From contig JANPJS010000221.1 in NCBI GenBank assembly GCA_031425655.1, positions 1-11,374 of the forward strand: DNA of 11,374 nt. The letters run 5' to 3'. This document shows positions 1 to 6,292 of the stretch, piece by piece. Position numbers and translations under genes: made by a program. This stretch comes from Abditibacteriaceae bacterium (lineage in GTDB: Bacteria > Armatimonadota > Abditibacteriia > Abditibacteriales > Abditibacteriaceae). Below the pieces are notes generated by a model, which saw only the letters and a list, made by a program, of their open reading frames with translations, searched no databases and was not told where the DNA came from. Each line of letters starts with the position of its first letter. Position 1 is the stretch's first letter.

Positions 1-145
1 CGATGTGCTTAAAGCGATGTGCTTAAAGCGATGTGCTTAAAGCGATGTGCTTAAAGCGATGTGCTTAAAGCGATGTGCTTAAAGCGATGTGCTTAAAGCG
101 ATGTGCTTAAAGCGATGTGCTTAAAGCGATGTGCTTAAAGCGATG
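1..145. repeat. Perfect 14-bp tandem repeat (CGATGTGCTTAAAG)x10 plus a partial CGATG; truncated by the window start
   Basis: Ten identical units span 1-140, then CGATG at 141-145. The array ends 2 bp from the TAA stop (148-150, - strand) of the large CDS. There are no spacers. Confidence 0.98.
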
Positions 146-147
146 AA

Positions 148-3100
148 TTAGCGGCTCGGCTCGTCGTCCTCGAAGAGCAATCCTGCGCCATCGTCGTTGC
201 GAATGGTGCCGATGCCCGTGCCAGCGGCGATAAAGGCGTAAGTCGCCTTGCTGAGAATCACCTTGTAAGTTTCGGTTGGCTCGACCGTTGTGTCGCCTTT
301 GACCTGCACCGTAATGGTTTTGCTGGTTTGGCCGGGCGCGAAAGTCAAAGTGCCCGAAGCCGCGACGTAATCGGCTGCCACGGCAGTGCTGTCGGCGGTC
401 GTCCAATCCACGGTGACGGTGTTGGTCGAAGCCGCCGAGAGCGTCACGGCAAAAGTTTGTGGTTTTGTGCCGCTATTGCCTTCATCAATCGTAGCAGCGT
501 TGCTGATGGTGATGCCCGGCCCGTCGTCGTTGTTGATTTGGCCCACGCCGCGATTGTCGGCAATCGTCGCTCCGGTGGGCGTTTTTAAGTCGAAGAAGAA
601 GGTTTCGTTCAGTTCGACTGCGCTGTCGCCGATAAAGCTGATCGTGACGCGCTTGAGAGTTTCGCCCGCCAAAAACGTGAGTTTGCCGCTTTTGGCGGTG
701 TAATCGCTGCCTGCCAGCGCGGGATTATTACTGCCGTTCGCCGTTTGGTAATTGACGGTCACGCTTTGCGTGCTGGCGGCGTTCAAAGTGATGTCGAAAG
801 TCACCGAACCGGGCGAAGCGGCGCTACCTTCGGGCAGCGAACGCGGATTGTTGACGCTCAGCAGCGGGCCAACTTCATAAGCGCCGATGTCCAGAGCGCC
901 GACACGCCCGAAGCCGCGCTGATCGGCGGTTGGTTGCGTGCCGCCGCCAGCGTTGATGGCCGGGCTATTGGCTAAAAGCGCGATGGTGTCGGTCGGGCCG
1001 CCGTTGTTTTTGGGGCCGGCGGGGTCGAGTTTGGGGTCAATGTTGCTGATCGTATTGGTTGTCGGGCCGTTGAAAGTGGCGTAAGCGGCTTGGAAGGTCT
1101 GGATCAGGTTGTAATCTTGCGAGACAAACGTGCCCGCCACATCGGTGCCGTTGGCCGCAGTGTTGCCGCCGATGAGCATATTGTGCAGCGTGATCGTGCT
1201 TTCGCCGTAGTTGTTAATACCGCCGCCGTAGCCGTTGGTCGTGTCGGTGGCGCGGTTGCCGGCGATGGTGCAGTTGTCGAGCGTGACGCTGGCAGGCGCG
1301 GCTGCGGTGCCCGACGAAGTAATCGCCCCGCTCGAAGCCGCCGTGTTGTTCCAAAAGGTGCTGTTGGAAATCTCCATGTTCCCGACGTTGCGAATCGCGC
1401 CGCCGTGTCCGGTGCTTTGATTGCTGGCGAAGGTGCAATTGTAAACATTGAGCGTGCTGTGGTTGGCCACGCCGCCGCCCGATCCGCCCGAATTGTTCAC
1501 GATGGCGCATCGCAGCAGCGTCAGTGTGCCCTCGTTGAGGATGGCGCCGCCGCTGCCGACGCCGACGCTATTGCCGCGCGTGAGCGTCAACCCGGAAATG
1601 TTGGCGGTAACTCCGGGACGAATCCAGAAGACACGCGCCACCTCGATGGCGCTGATGGTCAAAATCCGCGCGCCCAGCCCGTTGATCGTCACCGGATTGA
1701 GGATGCTCAGGCCGCTCGGCACCGACCGGATGCTAATTGTGCCGCTTAAACCCGCCTTGAAGTTAACCGTGTTGGCATCCGCGCCCGCATTGGAAGCGAT
1801 CATAGCTTCTATAAAGGTGCAGTCCAACGGGCCGCAGGAGCCGTCATTATGTGGGCTTACGGTGTTGACGACGAGCGTGGTGCCGCTTTGCGGTGCCTCG
1901 AACTCAAAGGCGCCGATGTCCACACTCGCGCCCTGTTTGCGCGGCAAAAGGCGCGCGTCGGTGGAGATTGTGCTCAGCACGGCATCGTTGCCCGCGTTGA
2001 TGGCGGCGCTGCTGGACAAAAGCGCCATTGTGTAAGTCGGGCCGCCGTTGCCTTGCAGCGGGAGGAGTTGAGGATCGAGCGGCGCAGCGAGCGAACCGAG
2101 CAGGTCGCTGGCTATCCAGCCGCTGCTGTTTTCGTCTACAACGCCGATGAGGTTGTCGCCCTGACTTTGAAGCGGGGCGCCTGTAGCGACATCCGGCCCG
2201 ATAGCACTGCCGTTGGCACCGTCGCCCCCGCCAGCATCACCGTCGTCACCACCGTTGCCGCCGGTGGCGAGGTTGGCGGCGATGATGCTGTTGCGGGTGC
2301 TGCCGCTACCCAAAAGCAGCAGACCGGCGCCAATGGCATTGCCGCCGTTGCCGCCGGTGCCAAAAACACTGCCGCCGTTGCCACCGCTGGCCGTATTGGC
2401 GCTGAGGGTGCAGTTCACCAATGTAAGCGGGCCTTCGCTGGCAATAGCCCCGCCCGCGCCCTCACCGCCCGCACCGCCGTTGTAGTCGCCAAGCCCACTC
2501 GCTCCGCCCACAGCCGAGTTGCCGCTGAGGGTGCAGTTCACCAGAGTCATCGTGCCGCTGTTGAAGATGCCGCCCCCTGTCCCGGAGCCGCCCGCACCGC
2601 CACGGAAGGCGCCAGACCCGGCATCGGCGCTGTCTCCTCCTTCACCACCAATGGCTTGGTTGCTATAGAGCGTGCAGTTCGTCAAGGTGATGATGCCACT
2701 GACATTGCGGATGCCGCCGCCATTGCTATCGCCGCCGGGGAAACCGTCGATGTGGTCATAGTCGGTTCCGTTAGCGCCCGTAGTGCCGTAAGCGATCCCA
2801 TTGCTGATGGTGAAATTGGAAAGGCGCACTGTGCCCGCGCTGATGTTGAAAAGGCGAGTGTAGTTCCCGCCGTGGACCCTGATGCCCTTCGCAGGACCGA
2901 TAATGGTCAGATCGCGTCCGATGGAGAATTCGGTTAACACGTAGATGGTCTCGCCGCCCAGATTCGCGGCGAAAGTGATCGTGTCCCCAGCCGCCGAAGC
3001 ACCGATGGCTTCGCGCAACGTCAGCACGCCATCGGTGGGATTCGAGATGTCGGAAAGCGTAGTCACGACGCGCGTCGTGGCCTGCGCGCTCGATGCGATG

Positions 3101-3171
3101 CAAAGCAGCACGCCAAGCAGAAGCGCAGCGCAACGCTGCAATGCGGAGAAGTGAGACAGAAAACGGAGCAT
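148..3171 (-). CDS. Large secreted/surface protein (~1007 aa): signal peptide, two tandem [CSLREA-like + right-handed beta-helix + choice-of-anchor Q] modules, two C-terminal Calx-beta domains
   Basis: ORF 148..3201; the ATG at 3171 (MLRFLSH) is preferred because GGAGG lies just upstream. Signal-like LLLGVLLCIASSAQA. TLREAI and DCTFIEAM are CSLREA-like. GGGI/GGAI and NCTLSGN repeats indicate a beta-helix. NGGPT..ALL..S.AINAG...D.R...DIGA(F/Y)E occurs twice. Calx-beta motifs: VTVNYQTANG..AGSDY...SGKLTF..GETLK.VTI...GD..VE.NETF and VTVDWTTAD.TA...DY...SGTLTFAPGQTSKTITV.VKGDTTVEPTET. Confidence 0.88.
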   Translation of the reverse strand: MLRFLSHFSALQRCAALLLGVLLCIASSAQATTRVVTTLSDISNPTDGVLTLREAIGASAAGDTITFAANLGGETIYVLTEFSIGRDLTIIGPAKGIRVHGGNYTRLFNISAGTVRLSNFTISNGIAYGTTGANGTDYDHIDGFPGGDSNGGGIRNVSGIITLTNCTLYSNQAIGGEGGDSADAGSGAFRGGAGGSGTGGGIFNSGTMTLVNCTLSGNSAVGGASGLGDYNGGAGGEGAGGAIASEGPLTLVNCTLSANTASGGNGGSVFGTGGNGGNAIGAGLLLLGSGSTRNSIIAANLATGGNGGDDGDAGGGDGANGSAIGPDVATGAPLQSQGDNLIGVVDENSSGWIASDLLGSLAAPLDPQLLPLQGNGGPTYTMALLSSSAAINAGNDAVLSTISTDARLLPRKQGASVDIGAFEFEAPQSGTTLVVNTVSPHNDGSCGPLDCTFIEAMIASNAGADANTVNFKAGLSGTISIRSVPSGLSILNPVTINGLGARILTISAIEVARVFWIRPGVTANISGLTLTRGNSVGVGSGGAILNEGTLTLLRCAIVNNSGGSGGGVANHSTLNVYNCTFASNQSTGHGGAIRNVGNMEISNSTFWNNTAASSGAITSSGTAAAPASVTLDNCTIAGNRATDTTNGYGGGINNYGESTITLHNMLIGGNTAANGTDVAGTFVSQDYNLIQTFQAAYATFNGPTTNTISNIDPKLDPAGPKNNGGPTDTIALLANSPAINAGGGTQPTADQRGFGRVGALDIGAYEVGPLLSVNNPRSLPEGSAASPGSVTFDITLNAASTQSVTVNYQTANGSNNPALAGSDYTAKSGKLTFLAGETLKRVTISFIGDSAVELNETFFFDLKTPTGATIADNRGVGQINNDDGPGITISNAATIDEGNSGTKPQTFAVTLSAASTNTVTVDWTTADSTAVAADYVAASGTLTFAPGQTSKTITVQVKGDTTVEPTETYKVILSKATYAFIAAGTGIGTIRNDDGAGLLFEDDEPSR

Positions 3172-3211
3172 AAGATTCCTCCAAGCGGGCCGCGCCAGCA
3201 ATGTGCGCCGG

Positions 3212-3228
3212 ATAACGTTATTTTAGCA
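3212..3228 (-). promoter_or_regulatory. Candidate extended -10 (TGCTAAAAT) for the large secreted protein gene, overlapped by the palindrome ATAACGTTAT (LacI/GalR-type operator-like)
   Basis: The reverse complement of 3220-3228 is TGcTAAAAT, about 50 nt upstream of the 3171 ATG. A perfect 10-bp palindrome with a central CG lies at 3212-3221. Confidence 0.4.
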
Positions 3229-3328
3229 CTGCAACGGCGCGAATTGTTATCTGCGGTAGTGGTGGCGCGATTTCTTTCACTGTATGTGGCTAACGAGCAA
3301 AGTAGTAGGCGCGTAACCTGTTATGCCC

Positions 3329-3519
3329 CATACGCATCAACTTAAGGCATCATCCGCTCGCACCCCGATTGAAATCGGGGTCTACTGCTACGAAGTCCGC
3401 CTTCGCGGACTAAATTTCGAGTCCGCGACCGGGTGCCCCCTGGGCGGGTGACTTTGTAAGAGTAGCGCCCCATTTTAATGGGGTGAACACAGGCGAAATT
3501 CCTTAAGTTGATGCGTATG
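3329..3519. mobile_element. 191-bp non-autonomous MITE with IS4-family (IS231-like) terminal inverted repeats
   Basis: Perfect 19-bp TIR CATACGCATCAACTTAAGG (3329-3347) / CCTTAAGTTGATGCGTATG (3501-3519), or 20 bp if the flanking C/G pair is included. The 5'-CAT end and CATCAACTTAAG core resemble the IS231 IR as I recall it. No transposase is present. Confidence 0.85.
3361..3485. repeat. REP doublet (REPIN-like long hairpin) inside the MITE
   Basis: Left arm 3361-3411 is CACCCCGATTGAAATCGGGGT-CTAC-TGCTACGAAGTCCGCCTTCGCGGACT. Right arm 3420-3485 is AGTCCGCGA[16-nt insert]CGGGTGACTTTGTAAGA-GTAG-CGCCCCATTTTAATGGGGTG. Each arm ends in a GTAG-anchored small hairpin. Confidence 0.8.
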
Positions 3520-3576
3520 GCGCCCAACCTGTTGCGCCCCTACGATTGGCATCAACAGCCATCTTTTTACCAAAGC

Positions 3577-3620
3577 GTAACTGCCGCGAAACATAAACGA
3601 AACATCAATCAGGCCATAAT
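3577..3620 (+). promoter_or_regulatory. GlnR-box-like 11-bp-periodic direct repeats (GTAAC-n6-GAAAC-n6-GAAAC) plus candidate -10 CATAAT upstream of amt
   Basis: GTAAC 3577-3581, GAAAC 3588-3592, GAAAC 3599-3603, CATAAT 3615-3620. This fits the OmpR-type GlnR consensus GTnAC-n6-GAAAC and lies upstream of a nitrogen-uptake gene. Confidence 0.55.
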
Positions 3621-3660
3621 TGAGCGACCCCGGACGTTAATCATAATCAGGAGAGCAATT

Positions 3661-4998
3661 ATGGCACTGGAAAATGCGCCGCGCCTTCGTCGCGCGGCAC
3701 TGCGAGCGGGCCTCGTTGGCGCCACGCTGTTGTTGAGCCGAATCGGTTGGGCCGAGTCCGAGCAAGCCGATAAAGTCGTCAACGCGGGCGATACGGCGTG
3801 GATTCTCATTTCGGCGGCGCTGGTTTTGTTGATGACGCCGGCACTGGCGTTTTTCTACGCCGGCATGGTGCGCGAAAAGAACGTGCTCAACACGCTGCTG
3901 ATGTCCTTCGGAGCCGCTGCGCTCATCGGCGTATCGTGGATTTTAGGCGGCTATTCGCTCGCCTTTAGCGAAGGCAACTCGTTTGTCGGCGGGCTGAATT
4001 TCGCCTTCCTGAGTGATGTCGGATTGGACGCCGCGCCTCTCGCGCCGACGGTGCCGCATCAAGCCTTTATGATTTATCAGGCGATGTTCGCCATCGTCAC
4101 GCCGGCTTTAATCTCCGGCGCGGTCGTCGAGCGCATGAAATTCACGACCTTCATGGTTTTCATGCTGCTGTGGAGCGTGTTGGTTTATTCCCCTGTCGCG
4201 CACTGGTTTTGGGGCGGAGGCTGGCTGCAAAAAATGGGCGCTCTCGATTTCGCGGGCGGCGCCGTGGTGCATATCACGGCGGGTTTTTCGGCCCTTGTCG
4301 CGGCGCTGATGGTCGGGCCGCGCCGCGAATATCGCGTGCAGCCGCTGCGACCGCATAATTTGCCGTTCACCATTTTGGGCGCGGGATTATTGTGGTTCGG
4401 CTGGTTCGGTTTTAACGCCGGCTCGGCCTTAGCCAGCGGGCAATTGGCGACGGCAGCTTTTGTCAACACCAACACAGCAGGCGCGACGGCTATGCTGGTG
4501 TGGATGCTGCTCGATCACATTTCGCGCAAGGAAATCACGGCTTTGGGCGCCGCAACGGGCGCCATTGCCGGTTTGGCCGGAGTCACGCCATCCGCCGGTT
4601 TCGTGTCGCCGATGGGCGCGGTGTGCATCGGCGCCATCATTTCCGGCGTTTGTTATTTGTCGGCCAATTGGCGCGCCAAAAGCCCTCTCGATGATTCGCT
4701 GGACGCCTTCGCGGTGCATGGCGTCGGCGGCTTTTGCGGCACGATTCTCACCGGCGTTTTCGCCACGGCGGCCTTGACAAGCATCAACCCGGCGGCCAAA
4801 AGCGGACTTCTCGAAGGCCGCGCCGAAACCTTTTTCACGCAAATCGTCGCCTGCCTCGCCACGGCGATTTACGCGATGTTTATCACCTTCGTGCTTTTGA
4901 AAATTTTGGGAGCCACGATGGGCCTGCGCGTGAGCGAAGAAGACGAGAATCGCGGCCTCGATACCTGCGCGCACGGCGAAGAAGCGTATGCGGAGTGA
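3661..4998 (+). CDS. amtB: Ammonium transporter (Amt/AmtB family), ~445 aa
   Basis: Motifs GDTAWILISAALVLLMTP.LAFFYAGMVR.KN, Q.MFAIVTPALISGAVVER, DFAGGAVVH, LLWFGWFGFNAGS and DDSLDAFAVHGVGG (both pore histidines), and the C-terminal GLRVSEEDE.RGLD...HGEEAY. AGGAG at 3649-3653 supports the ATG at 3661 rather than the 3508 start. Confidence 0.97.
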   Translation: MALENAPRLRRAALRAGLVGATLLLSRIGWAESEQADKVVNAGDTAWILISAALVLLMTPALAFFYAGMVREKNVLNTLLMSFGAAALIGVSWILGGYSLAFSEGNSFVGGLNFAFLSDVGLDAAPLAPTVPHQAFMIYQAMFAIVTPALISGAVVERMKFTTFMVFMLLWSVLVYSPVAHWFWGGGWLQKMGALDFAGGAVVHITAGFSALVAALMVGPRREYRVQPLRPHNLPFTILGAGLLWFGWFGFNAGSALASGQLATAAFVNTNTAGATAMLVWMLLDHISRKEITALGAATGAIAGLAGVTPSAGFVSPMGAVCIGAIISGVCYLSANWRAKSPLDDSLDAFAVHGVGGFCGTILTGVFATAALTSINPAAKSGLLEGRAETFFTQIVACLATAIYAMFITFVLLKILGATMGLRVSEEDENRGLDTCAHGEEAYAE

Positions 4999-5019
4999 CC
5001 AGCAGCGTTTTAGCGCGGG

Positions 5020-5129
5020 AAGCCCCCACCCAACCTCCCCCGGAGGGGGAGGAGTTACGCCTTGGAGAGCTAAATTTGGCTTCTCGTAGCATAGCTCCTC
5101 CCCCTCCGGGGGAGGCTGGGTGGGGGCTT
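5020..5129. repeat. 110-bp palindromic intergenic element (CCCCACCC..CCTCCCCC..AGGGGGAGG type REP-like doublet); possible transcript-processing or terminating hairpin
   Basis: The 41-nt arms 5020-5060 and 5089-5129 are reverse complements with 3 mismatches. Each arm has an internal CCTCCCCC..GGGGGAGG hairpin. The inner stem GAGAGC/GCTTCTC encloses TAAATTTG. Confidence 0.9.
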
Positions 5130-5220
5130 TCTGCCTTACGAAAGCGATGCAACGGAGAATCCACAATTCGCCGCCGCGAGGCGTTAAAATAGAGGCGACA
5201 TCTTTTCAGGAGACAAATTT

Positions 5221-6087
5221 ATGCTTCACACACGCACTGGGAATTTCCCGATTGGTTTTCGTCGCGGCGGCGGATGGCAGAAAGATTTGCCGTCACTGGC
5301 AAAATGGGCGACGGAAAACGGCTTGGGCGTCATTGATATTGGCCGCGACGTGGCCGAAATCGCCGTCGCGCAAAACGCCGGATTGCAAGTCGGCTCGGTT
5401 GACCTTTTGGAATGGCAGCCGATGTTTTCGTCCGATGCCGGCAAGCGCCGCGAATCGGTTGCCAAAAACGCCGAATATGTCGCGCAGGCGTGCGCAGCGG
5501 GCGCCAAAAACTTCTTCATTGTGATTTTGCCCGAAGACGCGGCGCGTCCGCGCAAAGAAAATTTCGGATACGCCGTCGAATCGCTGAACGCCTTGTCGCC
5601 CGCGCTGGAAAAAGCCGGCGGGCGCTTAGTCATTGAAGGCTGGCCCGGCCCCGGCGCGCTGTGCTGCACGCCCGAATCGTATCGCGCGACGTTTAAAGAA
5701 TGCGCTTCTTCAGCTATTGGCATCAATTACGACCCGTCGCATTTGCTGCGCATGGGCATTGATCCGCTGCGCTTTTTGAAGGAATTCGTGTCGCGCGTCG
5801 GCCACGTTCACGGCAAAGACACCGAGATTTCAGCCGACGACGTTTACGAATACGGCACCGAGCAACCGGCGACGTTTAAGGAAAGCCCGGCCTTTGGCGC
5901 ATCGGCATGGCGTTACACCATTCCCGGAGCCGGCGGCACCGATTGGCCTGCCGTGCTGGGCGTTTTGCAATCGAATGGCTACGCCGGAGCGGTCTGCATC
6001 GAACTCGAAGACAAAGATTACAACGGCAGCGAAGACGGCGAAAAACGCGGTATTTTAGCCGGCGCACAGTTTCTCAGCACACAATAA
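5221..6087 (+). CDS. Sugar phosphate isomerase/epimerase (xylose isomerase-like / AP endonuclease 2 TIM barrel)
   Basis: 288 aa, AGGAG at 5208-5212. Metal-ligand pattern IEGWP, INYDPSH, HVHGKD and IELED, with IPGAGGTDW...L...GY.G. Confidence 0.9.
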   Translation: MLHTRTGNFPIGFRRGGGWQKDLPSLAKWATENGLGVIDIGRDVAEIAVAQNAGLQVGSVDLLEWQPMFSSDAGKRRESVAKNAEYVAQACAAGAKNFFIVILPEDAARPRKENFGYAVESLNALSPALEKAGGRLVIEGWPGPGALCCTPESYRATFKECASSAIGINYDPSHLLRMGIDPLRFLKEFVSRVGHVHGKDTEISADDVYEYGTEQPATFKESPAFGASAWRYTIPGAGGTDWPAVLGVLQSNGYAGAVCIELEDKDYNGSEDGEKRGILAGAQFLSTQ

Positions 6088-6092
6088 AACTT

Positions 6093-6128
6093 AAACGGGA
6101 AGTCGGTAAGGGCGGTAAGACGGGAAGG
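6093..6128 (+). repeat. Left 36-bp inverted repeat arm (AAACGGGAAGTCGGTAAGGGCGGTAAGACGGGAAGG)
   Basis: 34/36 identical to the reverse complement of 7253-7288. It starts 5 bp after the isomerase stop and is built from CGG(G/T)AAG subunits. Confidence 0.9.
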
Positions 6129-6292
6129 ATCGTGTTGTGGTCTTGGAGTCAGAACTCTCAATCGCCACACCTTAATTTTGGCATTAACAGAGGTGGCAAG
6201 CAGAGTGGATCTCTGTCCGAGTCGTCCGGCCCCTCGTCGCGCGGCCCTATGCTGGCGGGCCAACGTCCACGGCACAAATACAGGAGCCAGAG

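Larger units (their letters stand above)
3305..3543. repeat. GTAG-family REP hairpin split by the MITE, with a degenerate ~20-bp target duplication (3309-3328 / 3520-3539)
   Basis: GTAG (3305-3308) + GCGCGTAACCTGTTATGCCC | element | GCGCCCAACCTGTTGCGCCC + CTAC (3540-3543). The two 20-mers match at 16/20. The reconstructed empty site is a GTAG...AAC-CT-GTT...CTAC hairpin. Confidence 0.75.

Noticed and set aside
1..145. CRISPR array or telomere interpretation of the terminal repeats (also 11190-11374)
   Set aside because: There are no unique spacers and no cas genes. The two arrays differ in unit and are not inverted copies of each other, and the genes between them are ordinary chromosomal genes.
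3200..3254. Resemblance to the E. coli lac operator or vector contamination (AATTGTTATC, GGATAAC)
   Set aside because: It is only a 10-nt partial match with no other vector sequence. Kept only as a generic LacI-like site.
107..3345. Many alternative ORFs overlapping the large secreted gene (e.g. 1849..2937 +, 1090..1749 +, 1448..2035 +)
   Set aside because: These are antisense or off-frame shadows typical of GC-rich coding DNA, with no RBS or recognisable motifs.
3546..3562. Possible sigma54 promoter at TTGGCATC upstream of amt
   Set aside because: The -12 element does not match: there is no TTGC at the required spacing.
3342..3660. ORF 3342..3527 (-) and the extended amt start at 3508
   Set aside because: The 3342..3527 ORF runs across the MITE, and the 3508 start lies in its right TIR. 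The ATG at 3661 has a good RBS and gives a normal Amt length.
4429..5192. ORFs crossing the 5020-5129 palindrome (PTQPPPEGEE peptides on both strands)
   Set aside because: The peptides are translations of the palindromic repeat and overlap amt.
6129..6290. Integron attC site flanking the orphan gene
   Set aside because: No RYYYAAC...GTTRRRY pair enclosing a suitable hairpin was found on either side of the ORF.
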